Shown here: positions 1 to 8,658 of the stretch, piece after piece
Layout of the letters: each line of letters starts with the position of its first letter
Position numbering within the stretch: position 1 is the stretch's first letter
NCBI GenBank assembly: GCA_051439425.1
Contig: JBFRWD010000004.1
Span: 1-41,108, forward strand
DNA from: Synechococcus sp.
GTDB lineage: Bacteria > Cyanobacteriota > Cyanobacteriia > Thermostichales > PCC-7336
Direction: 5' to 3'
DNA: 41,108 nt
The notes under the pieces: generated by a model
The model's database searches: none
The model's input: the letters and a program-made list of their open reading frames with translations, nothing else
What the model was told of the DNA's origin: nothing
Made by a program: the position numbers and the translations under genes

Positions 1-1
1 A

Positions 2-127
2 AGGCTCAACCAACTGGCCCACCAAACTGGGCAAACCATTTACCAACTCAAGCATGGACTCTTGGATGCATACCTCTCTCAGCAGCTTAAGAGTCCCTCT
101 CTCAATATGACTCTTGCGTAAGTCCTG
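2..127 (+). mobile_element. 3' end of an IS701-like transposase (runs off window start) with right terminal inverted repeat
   Basis: Frame from 2 reads RLNQLAHQTGQTIYQLKHGLLDAYLSQQLKSPSLNMTLA* (TAA 119-121). This resembles cyanobacterial IS701-type transposase C-termini. The stop overlaps GCGTAAGTCCTG (116-127), a typical end sequence. Confidence 0.65.
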
Positions 128-185
128 GAACTGTATACGGGGGTCGGTGAAAACCGCCCTGCCAGTAAAGCCTCGGCTGGACCGT

Positions 186-236
186 GACTCTACTGGAGAG
201 GGCTAGCCAGAGAGGCTAGCCCTCTCCAGTAGAGTC
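186..236. repeat. Perfect 23-bp inverted repeat (hairpin, 5-nt loop)
   Basis: GACTCTACTGGAGAGGGCTAGCC (186-208), loop AGAGA, then the exact reverse complement at 214-236. Confidence 0.95.
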
Positions 237-285
237 GATAACGAGTTGTTTCGACAGGGAATGGCCACCCTCTGGAATTGGGTGG

Positions 286-390
286 ACTCACATCTTGCAC
301 CAGGCAGGATTAAGGCATAGAAGAGGGAACACTCTTCATAAGGGCGTTCTCTCTTCTACGATCTCCAACTGCCTGGTGCAAGATGTGAGT
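286..390. mobile_element. MITE (~105 bp) with perfect 22-bp terminal inverted repeats and a palindromic interior
   Basis: ACTCACATCTTGCACCAGGCAG (286-307) and its exact reverse complement (369-390). The interior TAGAAGAGGGAACACTCTT / AAGGGCGTTCTCTCTTCTA also pairs. The same TIR core ends the IS remnant at 611-626. Confidence 0.8.
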
Positions 391-391
391 T

Positions 392-626
392 CAGGGAGTT
401 TATCGCTATCTGCTGGTTTGCATGATTGCCTTCGTCTTGGCTCACTGGGCCTCGTTATTGGCAAGCTCTCCAGCCGCATTGAATTGGGGGCATGCTGCTC
501 GGGATGCCCTTGAAGTTTTCCCGCCTCTGGTTGCTCTTTCCAGGCTTTTACTTGATTTGGAACGCCTACGCCCACTTGGTCTCAACCATGGCATCTCACT
601 TCAAGCCTCTTGGTGCAAGATGTGAG
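392..626 (+). pseudogene. C-terminal remnant of a cyanobacterial DDE transposase with right TIR
   Basis: Reads QGVYRYLLVCMIAFVLAHWASL...LLLDLERLRPL...SWCKM*. The stop lies inside TGGTGCAAGATGTGAG (611-626), matching the TIR of the adjacent MITE. The 5' part is missing. Confidence 0.65.
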
Positions 627-1423
627 CTCAAAGCAACTCCCATGAATGGATGGCGACCGATTCGCCGTGTTGCTTTTCACGCCCATCGCGACCCACAACC
701 TGCGATAGCCTCCCTGAAGCAACATCAGAAAAGAACCTATCACTTAGAGTTCCAGATTCTGAGAGCCGAGCGGCTCTTTTGCTCCAGTACTGGTTAGTGT
801 TGCGATGTGGGCATTTGGTATCACGGCTACGAATGTTTTGTATATCAATCAGGATTCTTGACACTCAACACTTTTCTGCAACATAATCCAACCCATGAAC
901 TTTTCATAGAGAGAAGCCCGCCACCAATAAGTTAACTTGTCAGCGTCGTACAAAGGGTTGGAGCTATGTTCGCTAAGATTATCCCTGCCTCAACGCCTGG
1001 ATCGAGCTTCTGGCGACACGAATCGATATTGTATCATTTAATACAAAATAAAAACCAAAATATGTCAATAATGAGCTAGATCATCATCATACTAAGCTTG
1101 CTTAAGTAAATTCAAGTCTACATGAAGCGTGCACTTAACCAATTGCATCTATTGCATTAAGTATAGCTATGTGTTGGAACCTGCGACATAAGTTGCGGAT
1201 TATTATCTTGGATAACAGACTGTCTTCAGCACACTTATGCTAGCCTGAACGCTTATGACAAGTAACTTGTTTAGATAATAAAGAGCAAGAGTAGACATGT
1301 GGAAAATAAAATTTCCATGTGCCTATTCTATCTTAAATATTAGGAATGAAAGATATATCATCTAACTATTGCTAATGGCGTATGTGGTATTGCATATGAA
1401 CCATTCCAAAATTTCTTCTTAAA

Positions 1424-2290
1424 TTGGAAATTATCCGCTCTATTCTTGTGAAGAGACATCTTGTGAAGCGAAATCTTGTGAAGGAAAGCCACCCTAGGAA
1501 AAGCAGGAAGGCTATCTTAGGTGTTCCTGTCAGCTGTTTTGAAAGCAAATCTTCAATATCATCTATATTTGAATTGGCTTGTAATGGTAAGGGTGGGTTT
1601 GTTTGCCTGGCTAACGTACATATGGTGATGGAAAGTTACTGGAATTCCTCATTTAGAAAGGTTTTGCTACGGTCAAGCTATATATTGCCTGACGGAATGC
1701 CCATCGTATGGATGTTACGTGCCTTAGGAGTTATTAATACTGAAAGGCTGTCAGGAATTGATACTTTTAATAGTATTTGTGAATTGGCAGAAAAGAACAA
1801 CATGTCTATCGCATTAATAGGCTCTGAGAAAAGAATAGTTGATCTAATTCAGCTAAAGCTTAAAAATGAATATCCCAATCTCGTCATATCATCAGTTATT
1901 CCCCTTCCGTTTAGAGAACTTTCAGAGAAAGAAGAAAAGTCGCTAGCTGATGATCTTGCCTCGATGAATGCAAGTTTTTCATTCGTATCTCTTGGCTGTC
2001 CCAAACAAGAGGCTTTCATGAGTAAGTACAGAAACGTGACTAGCTCTGTAATGATAGGTGTAGGTGGAGTTTTTCCTATTTATGCTGGTTTGATTCCTCT
2101 AGCGCCAAAATGGGTTATGCATCTTGGTCTGGAGTGGCTTTTCAGATTGTGTCAAGAGCCTAAAAGGTTATGGAAGAGATACGCAACTACTAATATTCCT
2201 TTCATAGTATTAGCTCTGAGACAGCTTTTGTCAGAATACTACCTTAATGCTGCTGCACGTAATCGAAAACCTCCGTTACGTCAAAATTAA
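1424..2290 (+). CDS. WecB/TagA/CpsF family glycosyltransferase
   Basis: Motifs ANVHM, PDGMP, ERLSGID, VSLGCPKQE, GVGGVF and GLEWLFRLCQEPKRLWKRY. AT-rich gene; true start uncertain (TTG 1424 or a downstream GTG). Confidence 0.9.
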   Translation: MEIIRSILVKRHLVKRNLVKESHPRKSRKAILGVPVSCFESKSSISSIFELACNGKGGFVCLANVHMVMESYWNSSFRKVLLRSSYILPDGMPIVWMLRALGVINTERLSGIDTFNSICELAEKNNMSIALIGSEKRIVDLIQLKLKNEYPNLVISSVIPLPFRELSEKEEKSLADDLASMNASFSFVSLGCPKQEAFMSKYRNVTSSVMIGVGGVFPIYAGLIPLAPKWVMHLGLEWLFRLCQEPKRLWKRYATTNIPFIVLALRQLLSEYYLNAAARNRKPPLRQN

Positions 2291-2317
2291 GCTTAGAAAA
2301 TGGCTCATGCCGAGTCT

Positions 2318-2851
2318 CTATAAATGTGCACTTAAAACAGGGTCAATGATAAAATCCCATCCAGTAATGGAGCGAACAACAGTATCGCTTAAGTCGTCTA
2401 TCAAGCCCTGAACCCGCTGCCGTAAAGCCTTTAAATTGGGGAAAGGTTCCCATTTGATGTGGGATTTCAGATGTAGCCACAACCGTTCGATGGGATTGAG
2501 TTCAGGACAATAGGCCGGCTGACAAATGGGGATAATATTCTCAGGCCAATCCAGCTCATCCGGCAGATGAGCTTCCGCCGGGTCGACTTGCATGACGATG
2601 ACGCTATCGGAATAGCGCGCAGAGAACTGGTGAATGAATTGCCCGAAGTGCTCTGCATTGAGAGTGTCAAAACAGTCGAAGTACCATTCGCCGGTCAGTG
2701 GCTCCACCAATCCGCAAAGCCAAAAGGTTTTGCGTCCCCACTGGTAGATGCCTTCTGGTTTGACACCTTTGAGAGTAATCACTCGGCCCGAGCAAGTGAG
2801 CAGTCCCCAGCGGCTCTCGTCCTGGCAGAAGTAGCGCATCGGCTGTCCTGA
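2318..2851 (-). pseudogene. IS630-family transposase, catalytic (DDE) half only
   Basis: Motifs YFCQDESRWGL and QPAYCPELNPIERLW. The frame is cut at 2851 by the IS5 element, and the N-terminal HTH half is not in the window. Confidence 0.85.
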
Positions 2852-3739
2852 GAGGCTGTCTTAAAAGTCAGCAGCTATGCCAGGCGTCTCAGCATGATGC
2901 GTATAGAAGCCAGATAAATCCATGCCTCGGCACTACTGGTTTTGAGTTCGTAGTCTCGATTGAGCCTGCGACACCAGCGCATCCACCCAAACGTCCGCTC
3001 TACAACCCATCGCTGCGGTAGAAGCTTGAATCCCTTCACCTTAGGCGAGCGCATCACCACTTCGAGACACCAGGGCCCCTGTCGCATTACCCAGTCAGCT
3101 AAGGCTGGACCTCGGTAACCGCCATCAACCAATACTTTGACTAAACGCTTCAGATTCACCCATCGTCGAGCCCGCTTGATGAGCTGTTTTAATCCGTCTC
3201 CATCGGCCTTGTTGGCGGCGCTGACCACTACAGCCCGCAGTAGTCCCAAACTATCCACAAGGACGTGGCGTTTACGGCCTTTCATCTGCTTGCCACCGTC
3301 GTAGCCCACAGACTCTGCCACCATGGGAGCCGTAGGAACGGACTGGCTGTCGGCCACCGCCAGACTGGAGGATGAGGGCGGTGGTGCACCCCGACTCGCG
3401 TCCAGGCTCGCAATCGCTCGTGAACCTGAGACCAGGTGCCGTTATCGCGCCAGGTGGCGAAGTAGTGATAGACAGTCTTCCAATTGGGATAGCTTTTGGG
3501 AAGGTAGCGCCAAGGGCATCCAGTCACTAAGACGTAGAGGATGGCATTGACCACTGCATGTAGCTCCACTAGTCGAGGGCGACCACCTGATTTAGCAGGA
3601 GGTAACAGGGATTCAATCAATTACCATTGCAAGTCACTCAGATCGCTCGGATAAGATAATGAGCTCATAGCCAACTCGGTCTGCTTCACTTCAATTGCAG
3701 ATTAAACCTCGTTGGCTTTTCTACTTCTCAGACAGCCTC
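2852..3739 (-). mobile_element. IS5-family (IS1031-like) insertion sequence, inactive copy
   Basis: TIRs GAGGCTGTCTTAAAAGT (2852-2868) and ACTTCTCAGACAGCCTC (3723-3739) match at 15/17. The transposase (ATG 3668 to 2875) reads MSSLSYPSDLSDLQW* with TAA at 3621-3623, has a frameshift near 3365, and carries ADSQS, GYDGGKQMKGRKRH and RWVVERTFGW. Confidence 0.9.
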
Positions 3740-3781
3740 TTAGTTAGCTAATGTTCATTCAGTCTACTTATTCAGATAGCC

Positions 3782-4270
3782 ATGCATAATTTATCCGACT
3801 CTGACTCCGATCGCGAGAGCGATCTTCAACAGGAAATTCTACGGGGTAGGAAGTTTACCCTTTCAGAGGCTATTGCCCGGGAAGCGGGCAGCTTTATGAA
3901 GGGGGAATCCCCCATTCCTAAGTATGTTCAGGCCGAATATGCAGCCAAAACAATCATTACCAAACATCTTACAGATTCAGGTGGAATCTTACAGATTGTT
4001 CTAGGGCGCTGGGTAACAGTTGAATCTCGTATCAGTCGTTATGTAGATGACCCCGTTATGGCGGTTCATGAAACGGTAAAGATGTTGCTTGAACAAAATG
4101 AATTGTTTTCCGAATTTGTTCGCGAAGTTGATATCCAGTGGGGTCAAGTCAACGGTGAGCGTCCTCACTTTCAGCGGTTAGGGGAAAAAGCTCATCCGGA
4201 AGACGAATATAGTCACGAGTCGGTACGCGAGCAGCTGTCAACCTTCCTTCAAAGCTTAACTATTTCATGA
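3782..4270 (+). CDS. Hypothetical protein (162 aa)
   Basis: Clean ATG ORF co-oriented with acr3 and about 50 bp upstream of it. No motif recognised with certainty. Confidence 0.7.
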   Translation: MHNLSDSDSDRESDLQQEILRGRKFTLSEAIAREAGSFMKGESPIPKYVQAEYAAKTIITKHLTDSGGILQIVLGRWVTVESRISRYVDDPVMAVHETVKMLLEQNELFSEFVREVDIQWGQVNGERPHFQRLGEKAHPEDEYSHESVREQLSTFLQSLTIS

Positions 4271-4320
4271 TGTCGCTAGGCCCGCTAATCAATTAAAGAA
4301 CTAGTCGATAGGCAAGATTG

Positions 4321-5475
4321 ATGACAACAGACTCGTCTTCCCCCCCTCAGATGCCCGTTCAGGCCGGGGGAGAACTCAATATCTTCGAGCGATATTTAAC
4401 CTTGTGGGTTGCCCTCTGCATTGGAACTGGCATTTTGCTGGGGCGCACCTTTCCGGGAGTGGCTACAACACTTGAGGCCATGAGCATCTATCAGGTGTCG
4501 TTACCGATCGCAGTCTGCCTCTTTTTCATGATGTATCCCATCATGGTGAAGATTGATTTTTCCCAAGCCAAGCAGGCAGTGAAGACGCCCAAGCCTGTGC
4601 TATTGACGCTGGTCGTCAATTGGCTAATTAAGCCGTTTACGATGGTAATCCTCGCTCAGTTCTTTTTAGGATGGCTGTTTCAGCCCCTGATTACGGGAAC
4701 GGAGGCGATCCGTGGAGTTGAGGTATCGCTTGCTAGCTCCTACATCGCTGGGGCGATCTTGCTGGGGATTGCCCCCTGTACTGCAATGGTGCTGATGTGG
4801 GGCTATCTGTCCTACAGCAACCAGGGGCATACGCTGGTGATGGTGGCAATTAACTCCCTAGCAATGCTGTTTCTCTACGCGCCATTGGGGGGCTGGTTGC
4901 TGTCAGCGAATGACCTGTCGGTACCCTGGGAAACGATTATTTTGTCGGTACTGATTTATGTGGGGCTGCCGCTGCTGGCTGGGGCGGTTTCTCGAACTTG
5001 GATTTTGCAGCATAAAGGCAAAGCCTGGTTCGAGCAGGTTTTTCTGAAGTACCTAGGCCCCATAGCGATCGTTTCTTTGCTGACAACCTTGGTGCTGCTG
5101 TTTGCCTTTAAGGGGGAGCTAATTGTCAGTAACCCATTCCATATTGCACTGATAGCGATTCCACTATTCCTACAAACGAATCTGATCTTCCTGATTACCT
5201 ATGTGGCTGCTCAGAAAATGGGGCTGGCGTACGAAGATGCCGCACCAGCAGCGCTGATCGGGGCCAGCAATCATTTTGAAGTGGCGATCGCGACTGCTGT
5301 CATACTGTTCGGTCTCGACTCTGGTGCAGCGCTGGCAACTGTTGTGGGTGTGTTAATTGAAGTGCCGGTGATGTTGATGCTGGTCGCTTTTTGCAAACGA
5401 ACGGCCTTTTGGTTTAGCCGTGAACCTGACAAGGCGACCTTGAAGGACCCGCGTTGCCTGCATCTGCTGAAGTGA
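4321..5475 (+). CDS. acr3: ACR3-family arsenite efflux transporter
   Basis: Motifs [40 protein letters not shown] and [16 protein letters not shown]; about 10 hydrophobic segments. Confidence 0.95.
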   Translation: MTTDSSSPPQMPVQAGGELNIFERYLTLWVALCIGTGILLGRTFPGVATTLEAMSIYQVSLPIAVCLFFMMYPIMVKIDFSQAKQAVKTPKPVLLTLVVNWLIKPFTMVILAQFFLGWLFQPLITGTEAIRGVEVSLASSYIAGAILLGIAPCTAMVLMWGYLSYSNQGHTLVMVAINSLAMLFLYAPLGGWLLSANDLSVPWETIILSVLIYVGLPLLAGAVSRTWILQHKGKAWFEQVFLKYLGPIAIVSLLTTLVLLFAFKGELIVSNPFHIALIAIPLFLQTNLIFLITYVAAQKMGLAYEDAAPAALIGASNHFEVAIATAVILFGLDSGAALATVVGVLIEVPVMLMLVAFCKRTAFWFSREPDKATLKDPRCLHLLK

Positions 5476-6000
5476 GCCAGGGAAGAGCTTACTAAATTAA
5501 CGCTCAATTTTCGATACTTGTGACCATTCTTTGAGCTGTCGCTCAGTTGTAGCGATCTGCAATCCACTACGGAGGGTTTTCTTCTCACCTCTGCTTGTAA
5601 TTTACGGCTTTGGGCTTTTTACCGACTCCAGACCTTAGATCGGATTGCCATCGCATCTTCGATAGGCCATCCATCGGCATACAATGCCAATCATTCTTCC
5701 TACAGTCTCTTGAATTTCTATCCGGTATTTCGCTGAGGACGAGAGAGAGAGCCTCTTCCATTAGCTAGTTTTTTGGCCTGGATGTATTGTGAAAGACCTT
5801 TGAAACCTTGCTGGTTTTATTAAAAAACAAAAAGAATGTATTGATGCATCTGCTGATAGGTGTTGAATGCAACTATATCAATCACTGACTACTTTTTAAT
5901 CCAAAAAGATTTGTAAATTAACACGATTGCTTCGGTCATTAACGACTATGGGCATCCAAAACAGTCCTAGGTTTTAACGCTTCGCTTTATAAACCCGCAA

Positions 6001-8556
6001 ATGCAAACATCTCAAACGACCCGTACCGCCCTGCAATTCAAGGCTCCACTATCCGGCATCTTGATGCCAATCGAATCCGTGCCGGATCCGGTATTCGCTC
6101 AAAAGATGGTTGGCGACGGTATTTCCATTGACCCCATCTCCACTCTCGTCAAGGCTCCCTGCGATGGGGAAGTGATACAGCTCCACCCCTCTCACCACGC
6201 CGTGACCATAAAATCCGCCGATGGGATTGAAATTCTCATGCACGTTGGGTTAGATACGGTTGAACTGCGGGGTAAGGGATTTACGCCAAAAGTGCAGGAG
6301 GGCGATCGCGTCAAAACCGGCGATACTCTGCTCGAAGTCGACATCGACTACGTTGCTCTGCATGCCAAAAGCTTGCTCACCCAAGTGGTGGTGACCAACA
6401 GCGATCGCGTCGCCGAATTCCGTCCAAAATCTGGTGAAGTGAGAGGCGGACAGGATATTGCGTTGGAATTGGTACTTGCGGCTGCTGAAGAAGCCGTTGA
6501 AGGGGCAGGGGGTGAGGTGGCGACGTCGGAGCCGATCGAGATCGGCAATCCACAGGGATTGCATGCCCGTCCGGCGGCGGTGCTGGTGAATTTGGCGAAG
6601 AAGTATGCCTCCCAGGTAGCGTTGCTCCGAGGCAGCGATCGCGCCAATGCCAAAAGTGTCGTGTCCATCATGGCGATGCAGGTGGCCCTGGGGGACACCG
6701 TAACCTTGGAGGCGACTGGTGCGGATGCCAAAGCCGCGATTACTGATTTAACATCAGCCATCATGTCGGGATTGGGGGAGGAAGGGGCGGCTCCGGTGTC
6801 GGCTCCTGCCAGCATTGCCCAGTCCGATCTGAAAGCCCCTCCCCCACAGCCGAAATCTGACGATCCAAACATTATTTTGGGGGTGGCGGCTTCTTCCGGC
6901 TTGGCATTGGGTAAAGCCTATCGGGTACGCCAGCAGCAGGTGACCGTAGCAGAAGTCGGGGAGTCTCCGGAACTGGAGCGGCGGCGGTTGGACGATGCGA
7001 TTGCGCAAGCCAACCGAGAAGTGGAATCTCTGCGTGCCAAAATTCACGGTCAGGGGAATCCTGGCAAGGCGGCTATCTTTGCCGCCCACCAGGAGATCTT
7101 GCAAGACCCCGAACTCATGCATGTGGCCACCAGTACCATCAATAAAGGAAAAAGCGCAGCCTTTGCCTGGCGACAGACGTTCACAACCCAGGCGGAACAG
7201 CTTGCTCGTCTAGATAATGAGCTGTTGGCGGAGCGTGCTAACGACATTCGCGATGTGGGGATGCGGGTGCTGCGGATTATTACGGGCGAGGAAGTCCAAG
7301 CGATCAAATACCCCCACGACAGCATTTTGGTGGCGGAAGATTTGACTCCGTCAGATATGGCCAATCTCGATCGCGAGCGGGTGGTGGGGTTCTGCACGCT
7401 GGCAGGAGGAACGACCTCTCACGTAGCGATTTTGGCCCGCTCGATGGGAATACCGGCGATCGCCGGAGCAGAACCCCGAGTTTTGGAGGTTGCCGATGGC
7501 ACATCCATGATTTTGGACGGTACTAAAGGCAAGTTGAGAATCAACGTTGCCCCGCAGGAGGTGGAACGCACGAAAGAGCGGATTGCCAGACAAAAGGCCA
7601 AGCGGGAGACGGATCTGGCAACCGCCTTCGAACCTGCCATCACCCAAGATGGGTATCGCGTTGAAGTGGTGGCCAACATCGCTAGCCTCAAAGATGCAGA
7701 GGAGGCGATCTCGCTGGGTACGGAAGGGGTGGGTCTGCTCCGCACCGAGTTGGTCTTCATGGAGCGAGCGAATGCGCCTAGCGAAGACGAACAAACGGCT
7801 ATCTACCGCAGCATTGCGGAAGTGATGGGGCCAGACAAGCCGATTATTATTCGCACTTTGGATGTGGGGGGAGATAAACCCTTGCCCTATTTACCGATGG
7901 TTAACGAAGAAAATCCTTTTTTAGGAGAGCGGGGCATTCGGTTTGGGTTCGATCAACCGGAGCTGCAGCGCACTCAATTGCGGGCGATTTTGCGGGCGTC
8001 ATCTGCTGGCCAGCTACGGGTGATGTTCCCAATGATTGCCCGGATTGAAGAGCTGCACATGGCCAAGGCCATGCTTGAGGAAGAGCGGCAAAAACTCGAC
8101 CTGCCCCCAGTGGAGGTCGGCATCATGATTGAAGTGCCCTCGGCGGCGGTAATGGCGGAGCAGTTTGCTAAGGACGTGGACTTTTTCTCGGTGGGCACCA
8201 ATGATTTGACCCAGTACACCCTGGCAATGGATCGCGGACATCCGAAGCTGGCCCCCTTTGTGGACGGTCTGCATCCTGCCGTACTGCGGTTAATCGACCA
8301 AGCGGTGAAGGGGGCAGGTCGTTTTGGCAAGTGGGTGGGAGTGTGTGGTGGAATTGGTAGCGACCCCCAGGCGGTCCCGATTTTGATCGGCTTAGGGGTG
8401 AAAGAACTCAGCGCCAGCATTGCCACGATTCCCGCCATTAAGGCGCAGGTGCGATCGCTGACCTTAGCCCACTGCCAAAAGCTGGCAGCCCAAGCATTGG
8501 GGCTGGAAACCGCTGCCGAAGTGCGGGATCTGGTGCCTTTACCTGGAGATGAATAG
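6001..8556 (+). CDS. ptsP: PTS multiphosphoryl transfer protein: EIIA(Glc family)-HPr-Enzyme I fusion
   Basis: EIIA motifs VPDPVFAQKMVGDG, HAVTI and ILMHVGLDTV. HPr motifs GLHARPAA and NAKSVVSIM. EI motifs GGTTSHVAILARS, GVGLLRTE, RTLDVGGDK, EENPFLGERGIR, FSVGTNDLTQY and GVCG. Confidence 0.95.
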   Translation: MQTSQTTRTALQFKAPLSGILMPIESVPDPVFAQKMVGDGISIDPISTLVKAPCDGEVIQLHPSHHAVTIKSADGIEILMHVGLDTVELRGKGFTPKVQEGDRVKTGDTLLEVDIDYVALHAKSLLTQVVVTNSDRVAEFRPKSGEVRGGQDIALELVLAAAEEAVEGAGGEVATSEPIEIGNPQGLHARPAAVLVNLAKKYASQVALLRGSDRANAKSVVSIMAMQVALGDTVTLEATGADAKAAITDLTSAIMSGLGEEGAAPVSAPASIAQSDLKAPPPQPKSDDPNIILGVAASSGLALGKAYRVRQQQVTVAEVGESPELERRRLDDAIAQANREVESLRAKIHGQGNPGKAAIFAAHQEILQDPELMHVATSTINKGKSAAFAWRQTFTTQAEQLARLDNELLAERANDIRDVGMRVLRIITGEEVQAIKYPHDSILVAEDLTPSDMANLDRERVVGFCTLAGGTTSHVAILARSMGIPAIAGAEPRVLEVADGTSMILDGTKGKLRINVAPQEVERTKERIARQKAKRETDLATAFEPAITQDGYRVEVVANIASLKDAEEAISLGTEGVGLLRTELVFMERANAPSEDEQTAIYRSIAEVMGPDKPIIIRTLDVGGDKPLPYLPMVNEENPFLGERGIRFGFDQPELQRTQLRAILRASSAGQLRVMFPMIARIEELHMAKAMLEEERQKLDLPPVEVGIMIEVPSAAVMAEQFAKDVDFFSVGTNDLTQYTLAMDRGHPKLAPFVDGLHPAVLRLIDQAVKGAGRFGKWVGVCGGIGSDPQAVPILIGLGVKELSASIATIPAIKAQVRSLTLAHCQKLAAQALGLETAAEVRDLVPLPGDE

Positions 8557-8622
8557 CCGTCGAACAATCATTGATGTCCATCATTGTTGCCCGTATTCAC
8601 CCGTTCGGGCCACCCAACTTAC

Positions 8623-8648
8623 ATACGCATTTTGAATACGCATTTTGA
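8623..8648 (+). repeat. Perfect 13-bp tandem duplication just upstream of the ptsG ribosome-binding site
   Basis: ATACGCATTTTGA at 8623-8635 and 8636-8648. GAGG follows at 8647-8650 and the ATG at 8659. Confidence 0.9.
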
Positions 8649-8658
8649 GGATTCTGGT

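Noticed and set aside
128..260. Possible group II intron 3' end (GACTCTAC)
   Set aside because: No recognisable domain V hairpin on either strand; the motif is explained by the 23-bp inverted repeat.
628..886. Short overlapping ORFs on both strands
   Set aside because: No motif, RBS or family recognised, and they lie in IS debris.
5741..5751. (GA)n microsatellite upstream of the PTS operon as a phase-variation switch
   Set aside because: Only about 5 units and 250 bp from the start codon; too short to support the claim.
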